Below are positions 41,308-51,170 of a DNA stretch of 64,000 nt, one piece after another. Each line of letters starts with the position of its first letter. The first letter of the stretch is position 1. The notes beneath the pieces were generated by a model. That model made no database searches. It was not told the DNA's origin and saw only the letters and a list, made by a program, of their open reading frames with translations. The position numbers and the translations under genes are program-made. Origin of the DNA: a virus; IMG/VR virus record IMGVR_UViG_3300029812_000193; one strand, given 5' to 3'.

Positions 41308-41652
41308 TCATGGGCTGTATTCGAGTTCCTTCTCAGGGTAGTTAATGAACTTGTTATAGTCTTTCACCAAGCCCCTGCTGATTTCCTTGTAGGACTGCTT
41401 TGCTTTGTCGTATAAACCGCTCTCATCGTAGTCCCCGACCAAGACAACCCTATTGCCAGCCCATCGACCTGCATACTTGCTTTCAAAATGTATGTCTCCG
41501 CCACCGCCCTCAGAACTCTTCCTGAGCAGGAACGGTAGTATCCCAGCCTGCCTGTTCACACACCACTCCCAGAATTTTGCGACTCCGCCAATTCTATGAG
41601 GGTGCACATACTCTCTTTTGTCCAAATTGACCAGTATAAAATACTGCCCCAT
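41308..41652 (-). CDS. Hypothetical protein of a type common in mobile elements
   Basis: MGQYFILVNLDKREY...GRWAGNRVVLVGDY; start revised to 41652. Confidence 0.6.
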   Translation of the reverse strand: MGQYFILVNLDKREYVHPHRIGGVAKFWEWCVNRQAGILPFLLRKSSEGGGGDIHFESKYAGRWAGNRVVLVGDYDESGLYDKAKQSYKEISRGLVKDYNKFINYPEKELEYSP

Positions 41653-41657
41653 TCTTC

Positions 41658-41706
41658 TCACCTCTAATGTTTAATATGTTTCTTATGTTTATAAAGTTTA
41701 TGGTCA
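41658..41706 (-). promoter_or_regulatory. Promoter cassette copy 2
   Basis: 49 bp identical to 44071-44119. Confidence 0.87.
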
Positions 41707-41753
41707 ATACGCACCTTTCTGTGACACCAGATACGGTCTTCTCCCGCCGTTTA

Positions 41754-41864
41754 TTCGCCCACGTGTGAGATGCACTACGGCAAAATCAATATTTCACCCA
41801 TGTGTGATATAAATCCTTCAAAATGCCACCCCCGCCGATATGCGATATTTCACCCATGTGTGAT
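41754..41864 (+). repeat. Three 17-bp boxes upstream of promoter cassette 2
   Basis: At 41754, 41793 and 41849. Confidence 0.93.
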
Positions 41865-42053
41865 AAACCATAGATTTTAGCCAGTCAGCATCACCTTATT
41901 AGTCCATCGAAAAATCGGTCAATAACGCCCCTCGTTGGTCTAATAGAGCGTCCTGCTGGCTTTTCCAGAAAGATTGCATCAAAACCTAAGAGTGAAGGCA
42001 TAAAAAATAGAAAAAAAAGAGAGTGGCACGTTTACAACCACACATCCACTCGC

Positions 42054-42689
42054 TTAACTAAACCTTGTGGCATCTTTTACGTCCTTTTTCCTGACATACT
42101 TGCCTTTGTTCATTACCAGAGTTCCGCCAGTTTTCTCAGCCATCTTGGTTAGAACAGAGCCGACTGCACCTATGAGTGCCAGATTTTCGTTGAGTGCGTT
42201 TGCCAATACGTTGACGTTCCTTGTGTTCCAATATTCGCCCTCGTCATATACCTCTTTGAGTATCCCATATTCGTTGTTCAGTGTGTCGAGCAGTGCGATA
42301 ACTCGCAAGTGTGCCACAAGAGGTTTGTCTGCAAACTGTGTTTTGGTGAAATTCCATCCCTCCCACACGTTTGAGCCTTTCTTTCTTGTCATGGCGATTG
42401 TGAAGTACTCGCACCCTCGCATGATTGGAACGTCCAAGATAAACCCCTCTCCGTTGCTCACGTTTCTATCGTGGTGTGCCATCTGGTAGTTAAAGCCCAA
42501 CTCGTTCTTCAAGCATCTTTCAAAGTCGAAACTGCCATATCCCGCAACCGCCTCAAGTTCGTCAAAGAACTTCAAGACTGGTTTGTTGCCTATTATCTGT
42601 TCTACATCCGAGCGAAAGCGTCCAAGTTTCTGTAGTAACGCCTCTCTGGTGTCCTTGCTCTCAAATTTATAGTGTATTGTTACACCCAT
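42054..42689 (-). CDS. Hypothetical protein of a type common in mobile elements
   Basis: MGVTIHY...FTKTQFA...HLRVIALLD...VYDEGEYW; start revised to 42689. Confidence 0.6.
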   Translation of the reverse strand: MGVTIHYKFESKDTREALLQKLGRFRSDVEQIIGNKPVLKFFDELEAVAGYGSFDFERCLKNELGFNYQMAHHDRNVSNGEGFILDVPIMRGCEYFTIAMTRKKGSNVWEGWNFTKTQFADKPLVAHLRVIALLDTLNNEYGILKEVYDEGEYWNTRNVNVLANALNENLALIGAVGSVLTKMAEKTGGTLVMNKGKYVRKKDVKDATRFS

Positions 42690-42703
42690 TCTTTTCACCT
42701 CGA

Positions 42704-43126
42704 TTACGCCGACACGATTACCGTGCCCTTTATCTCGTTGAGTTTCTCGGCGAATGTCAGCAGTTCCTTGCACCAGTCGATGTATGCATCCGCATCCTTC
42801 TTGTTCAGTTTGATTGCCTTGCGTTGTGGGTATCCAACATACGTGGTCTTGCCCCTGAGTTTCTTCGCCTCTTCATACCACTGCCTTGCTGTCTCCAGCA
42901 AGTCCTTTCGCCATTTCGCTGTGTTGATGTCCTTCCTCTCCGTGAATATCGCCAAGCCCCAACTACCTCTCGCATTTTTGACGATGTTCCTCGACAGCCA
43001 GTTGGCAAGGCTGTAGTCGTTGTAGCAGTCCCTGAAGTAGCCGACTTCACCCTTCGCTATGAAGCCAGTGTATTGTGCTTCCCTGTCCATTTCTTTTATA
43101 TATACATCTAATCCCATTCTTCTCAC
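42704..43126 (-). CDS. Hypothetical protein (MGLDV N-terminus)
   Basis: MGLDVY...GYFR; the MGLD start is typical of small phage proteins. Confidence 0.55.
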   Translation of the reverse strand: MRRMGLDVYIKEMDREAQYTGFIAKGEVGYFRDCYNDYSLANWLSRNIVKNARGSWGLAIFTERKDINTAKWRKDLLETARQWYEEAKKLRGKTTYVGYPQRKAIKLNKKDADAYIDWCKELLTFAEKLNEIKGTVIVSA

Positions 43127-43387
43127 CTCGTTTCTTTCGGGGCAGAGCGTTAACTCACGCCCCTATGAAAGAAATAAATATCACTCCATCACACAATCGT
43201 CCACAAAACTTTGCACGTCTTGAAATACCGTTTCGTAGTCTGGCAGTTTGCCCCTCTCTTCAAGTCCAATTAGTATCTCCGCAACATCGTCATCACTGGT
43301 AAGTGATGTTATATTTAGTTCTATCATCACTTCTCTTATTGCCTTTTTTGTTCGTTTATTTAAATGTCTTACCAATTTTATCCCCCC

Positions 43388-44065
43388 TCAACAGTAGATA
43401 ATCGGCTTTTTTGTCTTGATTGATGTCCTGCACGCCTTCTGGAGAACTCTTGTCACATGCCCAAACACTTTTGCACTGTTCACTTGCCCTACCACGTATT
43501 CATCTGCCCTATTTGAAAACCACCTGAGCACTCTCTCTAATTCGTATTCTATGATACGTGTCCTGCCATCTTGGTATGTTCCGACGTAATGCCTGCCAGC
43601 GTTCTTGATAGATGTGAAGTAGCCGATATATGGCTTATCTCCTGTGTAACGTTGGCGTATGCCATCTGTAGGGAGTTCTAATTTCTTTTCCCCCTCAATC
43701 TGGTACAATTCAAAGAAAACCCCATCTGGACACACGCCGAGAGAGACACTCCAGCCACTCATAAACGTATCGTGCCCATACGATTCCCTTTGCCTGATTA
43801 ATCTTCCATTCTTCAGTGCCATTAGCGTTGGATAACTTGTTCTTTTTAGCCCCCTTTTGATTTCGATGAGTTCTTTCAGCAATCGCCCTGCCTCTTCAGG
43901 GGTATGTTCTCCGCTTAGAGGGAGATTGGTCTGGATAAACGGATACCTGCTACCAGAATCGCCACCCTCTAATTTATCTCCAATCTCCACCAGAAAGGCA
44001 CCGCACCAGCCATAACTTCCAACCTTGCCGATGTATTCATCTCCAACCGATACATCCAATCCCAT
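43388..44065 (-). CDS. Hypothetical protein (MGLDV N-terminus)
   Basis: First gene behind promoter cassette 3; start revised to 44065. Confidence 0.55.
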   Translation of the reverse strand: MGLDVSVGDEYIGKVGSYGWCGAFLVEIGDKLEGGDSGSRYPFIQTNLPLSGEHTPEEAGRLLKELIEIKRGLKRTSYPTLMALKNGRLIRQRESYGHDTFMSGWSVSLGVCPDGVFFELYQIEGEKKLELPTDGIRQRYTGDKPYIGYFTSIKNAGRHYVGTYQDGRTRIIEYELERVLRWFSNRADEYVVGQVNSAKVFGHVTRVLQKACRTSIKTKKPIIYC

Positions 44066-44070
44066 GCTTT

Positions 44071-44119
44071 TCACCTCTAATGTTTAATATGTTTCTTATG
44101 TTTATAAAGTTTATGGTCA
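44071..44119 (-). promoter_or_regulatory. Promoter cassette copy 3
   Basis: Identical to 41658-41706. Confidence 0.87.
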
Positions 44120-44172
44120 GTGGCACGTTTACATTTACAGCAAGAAAGTTTCCGAAGAGTCCCAGATTCGAT

Positions 44173-44619
44173 TTCGCCCACCTGTGAGATTTATACGAAA
44201 AATATGAAAAGTGCCATCCTCCCGCCGTCGAAAAAATACGCCAATCCAATAGATGCGAGGTGGTATTTTACATGAACGACGAACCAGCCAAGACGTTTTC
44301 GCCCACCTGTGATAATTAAAAATTGCTTGGAATTTGAAAAGTTCTTAAAATCCCCCTCCGACGAATGGTTTTTCAAAACCTAAACGCAGAGATGTGAGGG
44401 TATGTTATCTTGCAAACGTCTGGTACCCATATAACTTTCGCCCACGTGTGATAGGTCGTTTGGTTGCCACTTAGTTACCAGTTAGTTACCAGTTAATCAC
44501 ATCGGTTTTTCACAAAAATCGCAGAGCGTAAATACTATCCGAGACTTGGGCACTCTGACAAATGTTCCTTCCATCTCCATCAAGCCTCCTCTCGTTCACC
44601 TAATTCGCCCATGTGTGAG
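44173..44619 (+). repeat. Four 17-bp boxes upstream of promoter cassette 3
   Basis: At 44173, 44298, 44437 and 44604. Confidence 0.93.
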
Positions 44620-44645
44620 AAGGGGGCAAGTCCACACGCTTGCCC

Positions 44646-45209
44646 CTATGCAACTTCCCACTTCATCGCTTTGGTTGACCTTCCGATTATCTGCTCGTGG
44701 TCTGCTATCTTTTCTTCCAGAATTTCTATGAAACTCTGTAGTTTGTCGGTGTTTACGTTGAACCTTCCGCAGTCGCCCTTTATCCAGTATATGTCATCGT
44801 TTGACTTCTTGAGCGTCAGGGGGCTTACCGTCCTGCCCTCTTTGTATGCCTTCTCGAAATCTTGTATCCTCTGGCTCAACAGCGTCATGAAGGACATTTC
44901 GAGCATTTCAGCCAAGTCCTTCTCGCTTCTCTCGTATTCAACCACGTCTATGAACGCCTTGTATCCGAGACGCTCATATTCTTCCTTGAACTCCTTTGCC
45001 ACTGCCTGTAGTGTTGGAATTTGGCTCTCGTCTGTTATCAGGTAAACGCTGTCGTCAACGTGGACGCAGTGCTCGGTGTATCGTACCCTGTAGTATAGTC
45101 TCTTTCTCAGGTTCTCAAGTTCCTTGTTGTGTGTGCCATTTCGCCTTTCGCTTGGAACGAGCCAAATAAACAGCCCTGTCTTTATTTTCATTCTTTTCAC
45201 CTCACCCAT
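44646..45209 (-). CDS. Hypothetical protein
   Basis: Operonic with the vWA gene. Confidence 0.55.
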   Translation of the reverse strand: MGEVKRMKIKTGLFIWLVPSERRNGTHNKELENLRKRLYYRVRYTEHCVHVDDSVYLITDESQIPTLQAVAKEFKEEYERLGYKAFIDVVEYERSEKDLAEMLEMSFMTLLSQRIQDFEKAYKEGRTVSPLTLKKSNDDIYWIKGDCGRFNVNTDKLQSFIEILEEKIADHEQIIGRSTKAMKWEVA

Positions 45210-47098
45210 GTTATTCTCTTATAAATCTGGACAAATTTATCTGCCAACTGGGATATGTCCTCAATCTCAGTGTGCGGAACGTTTGGCAGGTCTCTTGAAT
45301 ACCCCAACTTTATGTGTATCACTATTATGCCACTCCTCTTGGCGTTCAAAATCGCCTTCGGTATGTGTTCACGGTCTCCGATAGGCAACTCACACGTGTT
45401 ATGATGACCGTCTGAGACTATTATCATGACCTTCCGCTCAGCACTCGATTTAGATAGCCTGTATGCTGTCTTTTCAATCGAGCAACAGATGTTGGTGCAA
45501 CCACCGTGATAGCAGTTCCCAACCCTGCCCTTGACAACCCTGTCCACGTGCTCGTTGAGGTCTTTTACGAGGAAGTAGTTATCACTGAAGGATGCCAGTA
45601 GCAGTCTATCATCGCCGACAACATCCTTTCCGACTTCTGACAGAACGATGAACGCCTGTATCACTTCTTCCATATCGACTGAACCGCTCACGTCAACCAA
45701 GACTGCCCACGCAACGTCTCGCAGACTTCTCCTTCTCTCGAAGAATAATTTGTCGTCTCTTTGTAAATATTGATTAGCCCAACTGGGATTAAGCAACCCA
45801 CCGCTCTCTACAGTCCTGACCTTCTTTCTCAGTTTCGCTTCCTCAAGTTTTATCCTCTTGAGTTTGTTAATTTGTTCCTCAACCTGTGGTGTCCTGAACC
45901 TCGCATACTCCTCGTAATTTGACTCTGGCACTGTTATCCTGTGCTCGCCGAATTTTGAGAATATGGCATCACGCCTTGCCTTCTCCATAGCCTTGATGAA
46001 CTCCTCAGAGATGTCGATGCCGAACAGTTTCTTTATGTCTATCTTTTCGCCTTCTGTTGCCCCTTTTTCAGCACCGAACTCCGCTATCGCCTTTTGGAGT
46101 TCCTCAGCGTCAATCGAACCCTTGACAAGGATGCCTATAATACCAACATCTTCACCGTAACCGCTCTTTGGATAGTCGCCCTCTTTCGGTTTTGGCAGGT
46201 CGGTCTTATCATAGTCAGACCTGTCGATGTCCTTGAGGTCAGCACCAAGTCCAAGACCGCTTTGCCCACCCTGTCCACCTTGACCGTTGCCATCACCCTG
46301 ACCACTGGCAGACTTGCTATCGTTCTTCTTTCCGCCAGATGCACCACCTTTTCGCCCACGTGTGAGATTACCACGTGTCGGAATCATCTGTGGGTGGGCG
46401 AAGAAGGGTGCTACTATCTCGTATATCCTCTTAGCACGTCCAACGAGGACGTTGAAATCCCATATCAATTCGACTGGCATGTCCTTCGTACCAGTATGCT
46501 CTTTCGCCCCTGTATCAGCACCGTCCAAGATGTCCTTGACGAATAGCAGGCTTTTCTGTGCCCTCTTGGACAGCCTGCCCCAACTCTTGACCTTTCCGAG
46601 TATGGACGCTTGTACGAGGGCGTTCCTATACAGCGTTTCACTGTCCTTTTCGTCATAGGACTGAGAATAAACGTAACTGTATTTCGTCCTCTGTGCGAGG
46701 GCATACGCCTTGTATCGCCTCGTCACAGCGAACTCGACACGCCTGTCCTCTATGATGTTGCCTATCAGGTGCTTTAAGTTGCCCTCTCTTAATTCCTCGT
46801 ATCTATCACTGCCATTATACCAGCCATTCCAACTCTCGGCATCTGGCTTGGTGATGAAATTATGAGCACTCTCATGTGCCACCGTGCTCCTGAATATCCT
46901 GAGTGCGGTAACAGGCATGTCCTTCTCTATAATGCCCTCTATGAACGGTTTTTCCATATTGATAATCCTGAAATTAGTATAGGGATGCTCATCGCTAAGA
47001 ACGATAGGCAAAATATTGTGGGTGAAGAGGGATTGTATCCCCCTTCCCCTCTCTTTTAAAGCCAACTCGTTTATGGTCGCCTTACTCATCGACATCAC
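45197..47098 (-). CDS. vWA-domain protein, partner of the MoxR AAA
   Basis: HESAH, NIIEDRRVE, Gly-rich linker, MIDAS DVSGS, GGCTN, IIVSDG. Confidence 0.87.
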   Translation of the reverse strand: MMSMSKATINELALKERGRGIQSLFTHNILPIVLSDEHPYTNFRIINMEKPFIEGIIEKDMPVTALRIFRSTVAHESAHNFITKPDAESWNGWYNGSDRYEELREGNLKHLIGNIIEDRRVEFAVTRRYKAYALAQRTKYSYVYSQSYDEKDSETLYRNALVQASILGKVKSWGRLSKRAQKSLLFVKDILDGADTGAKEHTGTKDMPVELIWDFNVLVGRAKRIYEIVAPFFAHPQMIPTRGNLTRGRKGGASGGKKNDSKSASGQGDGNGQGGQGGQSGLGLGADLKDIDRSDYDKTDLPKPKEGDYPKSGYGEDVGIIGILVKGSIDAEELQKAIAEFGAEKGATEGEKIDIKKLFGIDISEEFIKAMEKARRDAIFSKFGEHRITVPESNYEEYARFRTPQVEEQINKLKRIKLEEAKLRKKVRTVESGGLLNPSWANQYLQRDDKLFFERRRSLRDVAWAVLVDVSGSVDMEEVIQAFIVLSEVGKDVVGDDRLLLASFSDNYFLVKDLNEHVDRVVKGRVGNCYHGGCTNICCSIEKTAYRLSKSSAERKVMIIVSDGHHNTCELPIGDREHIPKAILNAKRSGIIVIHIKLGYSRDLPNVPHTEIEDISQLADKFVQIYKRITWVR

Positions 47099-48164
47099 CC
47101 TCTATATCGCCTTTTGCGACTTCCACGAGTTCCCTCACAGCGTTCTTTTCATCGTTGAAGAACCTGTTGACTATGCATATCTCAAGAGACTTCTCAGCAC
47201 CCATACCGTTGTCAACGAGGTTTCTGACCAACTGCAACTGCCTCGTGCTCACCGTGTCGTGTATCTCGCCCCTCATGTATGCCTCACGTATCTTGTTTGC
47301 CACTCGTATCAGGTCTCTCGTTGAAGTCTTGCCTACCGAATTTTGAACGGTCAAATGAACGTCCTGTGTGCCATCCACTATCTTTGCCTCGTCCTCTGAG
47401 GGTGCGTAGTCCATGTAGAACACGCTGAACCTGTCCAAGAACGCTATGTTCAAGACCTCAACGCCCATGTATTCTGAGCGTGGTGGGTTGAACGTCAGTG
47501 CGAGGTAACTGTCCTTGCTTCGTGGGATTATTTCGCCCTTGTGTTCCTTCAACGCAAGGTGCTGTCGGAAGTCCAGAACCGCATGTGCCCTCAGCATGAT
47601 GCCACCCCTACACACGTTTGGCTCATCCCACACGAGAACGCCACCGTTCTTAGTCCACTCCGTCAGGATGCCATCTATCCATTCGGCGATTGTTCCTTCT
47701 TTCTCGCTTGGTGCATACTTGCCAACGAGGTCGTAACTGGTCAAGTCCTCAGAACTGGGTATCTCATAGTAGTGCATATTATAGAGTTTCGCTATCACTT
47801 CCATGACCTTGTTCTTGCCAACGCCCTTCTCTCCTACCAGTGCGGTCTGCCCCTGTATCCAGAACACCCTCAGCATTTCCTTGAGGTCGCCATTCCAGTC
47901 ATACCACTCCTTGAGAGCGTCAAGGTTAATGTCGCCTGCCTTGTCCGTGAGCGAAGGGAGAAATATATACTCTCCGTTCCCTATGAGCGTTCCCTTCACG
48001 TCTGCTATCTTTATGACCTTGACCTTTAGGTTTCCTGCCTTCGCTGTCTTGCCCTCTGAGAGTTTGCCAGTCTTGATTAGGTCGTAAACCCCCCTCTCGC
48101 TGTCGATGTCTATGAACGCCTTTGCACCGTCCTTCTTGTGCACTTGCACAAACACTATTTTCAT
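47082..48164 (-). CDS. MoxR/CbbQ-type AAA+ ATPase
   Basis: GEKGVGKN, DLVGK, WIDGIL, GVLVWDEPN, TFNP, AFLDRF, STRQL. Confidence 0.88.
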   Translation of the reverse strand: MKIVFVQVHKKDGAKAFIDIDSERGVYDLIKTGKLSEGKTAKAGNLKVKVIKIADVKGTLIGNGEYIFLPSLTDKAGDINLDALKEWYDWNGDLKEMLRVFWIQGQTALVGEKGVGKNKVMEVIAKLYNMHYYEIPSSEDLTSYDLVGKYAPSEKEGTIAEWIDGILTEWTKNGGVLVWDEPNVCRGGIMLRAHAVLDFRQHLALKEHKGEIIPRSKDSYLALTFNPPRSEYMGVEVLNIAFLDRFSVFYMDYAPSEDEAKIVDGTQDVHLTVQNSVGKTSTRDLIRVANKIREAYMRGEIHDTVSTRQLQLVRNLVDNGMGAEKSLEICIVNRFFNDEKNAVRELVEVAKGDIEGDVDE

Positions 48165-48422
48165 CTTTTCACCCCTTGTTTCTTTTGTTTTAGATGTTTC
48201 CTTTGTTTGTAAGATAGACCGCTGGGTATATATAACTTATCCCCTTGACGCTATGCGTTTAAGGTATTTTTGAGATGCAGACCAGATGTTGCTGGTCGCA
48301 ATTGCATCGCATGTCTTGGTTTTTTTGAACATCAATAGAGGAATGTATCTATTACACTATAAGGCTAACGCTCTTGGATTTTTGAATATGTCGTTTAGAT
48401 ATACGCTCCTGCGGAATTCTTG

Positions 48423-48632
48423 TTCACCCATGTGTGATATGCGTATCGTTTAAAGAGTTATTAAGTCAAAGTTTAAAAAAATCGGCATACTGCACACATA
48501 TAGAGCCATTTTTATGCCAATACCCTTAGGGTTTTGCCCCTGAAACACTTATATAATCAAGTCCGTATATAAATAATGGGCAATCTACGAAGGTATGACC
48601 TCTATGATAGCCGATTCTCACACGTGGGCGAA
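48423..48632. repeat. Two 17-bp boxes in opposite orientation in the divergent intergenic region
   Basis: 48423 forward, 48617 reverse. Confidence 0.92.
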
Positions 48633-48922
48633 GGAATTCGAGCCCAGACTCGTAAAAAGCCAAAAATTAGCACTTTTTTTAGGCTGTCAATATCGGCAAA
48701 AAAACTGGAGAAAAGCACAATTGAACGTTGACATTTCTTCTTCTCTCGCCAAAATTTCGCCGAAAATAGCCGACATTAGCCGAATTTAGATTTTAATGAT
48801 TTTTTTGAAGTTTTGAAGTAACGTGGTGCAACGCTTAATCGAAAAGATTTATATGGTTCAAAGTCGCTATTCCTTCCAATCAAACGTTCTCAAGAGAGCG
48901 CCAATCCTTAAAGTGGCTTAGA

Positions 48923-49201
48923 GTGGCTCTGTTAGAGGTCGATATGAAAGTCACAGCTAAACACAAAATCCTGCTTTTTCTCGACAACCACGAGGTTGCA
49001 AATATGGTGGCTATTGCCAGCGAACTCGATTATGACAAGGATTGGGTGATACACGCGCTTTCACAACTAAATAAGAGTGGTTTCGTAAAAAGATTCAAAC
49101 GCGAGCACTCCACCATCAGGGGACGGCAGATTTATTACTACTACCTGACAGAAGCTGGAGAGAAGAAGGTCAAGTATCTCAAAAGGATGGGGGTATCTTG
49201 A
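48923..49201 (+). CDS. Winged-helix transcription regulator
   Basis: KILLFL...IASELDYDKDWVIHALSQLNKSGFV...YYYLTEAG. Confidence 0.78.
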   Translation: MALLEVDMKVTAKHKILLFLDNHEVANMVAIASELDYDKDWVIHALSQLNKSGFVKRFKREHSTIRGRQIYYYYLTEAGEKKVKYLKRMGVS

Positions 49202-49216
49202 TGGGGGTTTGTAGAT

Positions 49217-50077
49217 ATGGCTGTTGCTAAGGGCGGGGATAAGGAGCAGGCACCCGTTGGAGAGTATACGATAATCAAAAAACTTCTAGGACAGCTTACA
49301 AACGAGATAACCCAGCACAAGTTCTTCGATGCCGAGCTCACCGCAAGGGCGCTCTCTGGGAATTTGTCGGCATTTCTTGCGCCCAAGGGACTGGACGATG
49401 GTCGCTTCGACAGGAACTTCGAGAGTCTATACTACCGACTGCGCAAGGGCGTGGCGATACAATTCACGGACGCGAAAGCCAGAGAATGTAAAGATATGCT
49501 GAGAAGAATTGTGATGAAACTGACCGATGTGGGGCTGTATTTCGGTCAGGTTATTGAAACCGACACGCAGGACGTACCGCAACTGAAGATGAGGATAAAA
49601 AACCTTCTAAAAAGCATAGACTCAAGCTGTGATGGGTTGATTTCAAAGGGGACGGAGGATTGGGGAGAGAGGGTAAGAGGCGATTTATGGATGCTGGAAG
49701 ACTACGTCAACGCCGTGACAATCAAGCACGATGCTTCAAAAACCCTGAGAAAAGAGGTAATCAGCGCCATAGGCGACATGAAGTCGAGGCTCTCCACTAT
49801 CCTACGCGTTGGTAAAACACCACCAAGTGCCACCTCGATTATGGGGTTCACCAAGTCCAAATCGCAGATGTCCACTATTATAGAGGAGTTCTTATCCACT
49901 CTGGACGACGAGAAGCAGGCGAACGTATATGTCGCCAGATACGTGATGTCGAAAAAGGAAAAAGGCGAGCTGGGCGCAGAGGAGCTCACCACTATACTGT
50001 CGTTGCCAGAAGTGCAGGATGCAATCGGAGAGGCGGTAAAAAAGGAGCTGGATGCGAGAGGTGTCACGTCGCCCTGA
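49217..50077 (+). CDS. Helical hypothetical protein
   Basis: 286-aa ORF with an RBS-like upstream sequence. Confidence 0.6.
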   Translation: MAVAKGGDKEQAPVGEYTIIKKLLGQLTNEITQHKFFDAELTARALSGNLSAFLAPKGLDDGRFDRNFESLYYRLRKGVAIQFTDAKARECKDMLRRIVMKLTDVGLYFGQVIETDTQDVPQLKMRIKNLLKSIDSSCDGLISKGTEDWGERVRGDLWMLEDYVNAVTIKHDASKTLRKEVISAIGDMKSRLSTILRVGKTPPSATSIMGFTKSKSQMSTIIEEFLSTLDDEKQANVYVARYVMSKKEKGELGAEELTTILSLPEVQDAIGEAVKKELDARGVTSP

Positions 50078-50083
50078 TGGATA

Positions 50084-51049
50084 TCAGCACCCCACGACGT
50101 GTATGGAACGCAACATCTCCGACTTGACCTGCATCAACGATATGTCCAGTCCGAAGCGGTCTGAGAAGAACTCGTAGTCCCTGTTCGCACGCAGCGGGCA
50201 GCTTATATATGACGGATGTATCCTGCACGAACTCCTGCATTCGTACGCCCTGCTGCAGTGCAGGCACGGTTCCTTTATGTCTTTATATCTATCACAGTAT
50301 ATTTTTGCATTCTCCTCTATGAAGTCGAAGTCGTCATCTATCCTGCCCAGGGTGAAGCTGTCGAGCCACTGGCACGGCGCTACCGTCCCGTCAGACATGA
50401 CCGATAACCTCTCCCTTCCAGCTGGGCAGTGCGCCCTCTTCTTTCCAGCAAACTGATACCAGTTCGGCTGCAGGATGATTGCCTTATCATACTCCATGGC
50501 CGTGTTGAAAAGCGCCGACTGGTCGTTCATGCTGATTGGGGGCTTGTCGAAGCGCGGGGACAGCAACAGACCTACACCCATGTCTCGACAGATGTCCAGT
50601 ATCTTGGGCACCTGAGCAAGGTTCTCGTCGCAGTACGACATCCTCGCGAACACGTTGCCGTCCTCCCTGCGTTCCTTGAGGAGTTTAAGCGCTCCCATGG
50701 CCTTGCCGTAGTGGCCTATTCCTCTGATTTTGTTGTCGTAGTTGCCAGTGCCCTCGATAGAAACGCATACGTAGTCGATTTCATCCAGAACGTCCATGCT
50801 GTCCTTCACAAGTATACCGTTCGTGTAGAGGGTCTTAGGAATATCGAACATCTTCAGTATCTTTATCATGTCGTCCTTTTTGTACAGGAGCGGTTCGCCG
50901 CCCAGAAATGTCAGCGACTTGAGCGACCACGTGGTCAGGCGTTCTATTTGTTGAACGGTGAGGCGTTGTGGCTTCTGCTTGGGCAAATAACAATGGGTGC
51001 ACTTCAAATTGCAGGCGTTGTGCGGAAAAAGTATCAAATCACGTTGCAT
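50084..51049 (-). CDS. Radical SAM protein with SPASM domain
   Basis: CNLKCTHC, GGEPLL, TNG, VSIEG; SPASM CPAG...GTVAPC...CLHC...C...SCR. Confidence 0.9.
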   Translation of the reverse strand: MQRDLILFPHNACNLKCTHCYLPKQKPQRLTVQQIERLTTWSLKSLTFLGGEPLLYKKDDMIKILKMFDIPKTLYTNGILVKDSMDVLDEIDYVCVSIEGTGNYDNKIRGIGHYGKAMGALKLLKERREDGNVFARMSYCDENLAQVPKILDICRDMGVGLLLSPRFDKPPISMNDQSALFNTAMEYDKAIILQPNWYQFAGKKRAHCPAGRERLSVMSDGTVAPCQWLDSFTLGRIDDDFDFIEENAKIYCDRYKDIKEPCLHCSRAYECRSSCRIHPSYISCPLRANRDYEFFSDRFGLDISLMQVKSEMLRSIHVVGC

Positions 51050-51098
51050 AGGAGATAATATTAAGTATTACTTATATAAACTTGCTTAGGAGAATAAT

Positions 51099-51170
51099 AT
51101 GGCTAAAAAGAAGAAGAAACCTAAAGGGTGCAGAATAGATAAAACAGGGAAGGTGGTATGTGGTGAATGA
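51099..51170 (+). CDS. 23-aa Lys-rich, two-Cys peptide (not in the ORF track)
   Basis: MAKKKKKPKGCRIDKTGKVVCGE; TATA and AGGAG upstream. Confidence 0.45.
   Translation: MAKKKKKPKGCRIDKTGKVVCGE

Noticed and set aside
41754-44619. Box clusters as a CRISPR array
   Set aside because: Repeats are only 17 bp, spacing is irregular (39 bp to several kb), copies are dispersed and no cas genes are visible
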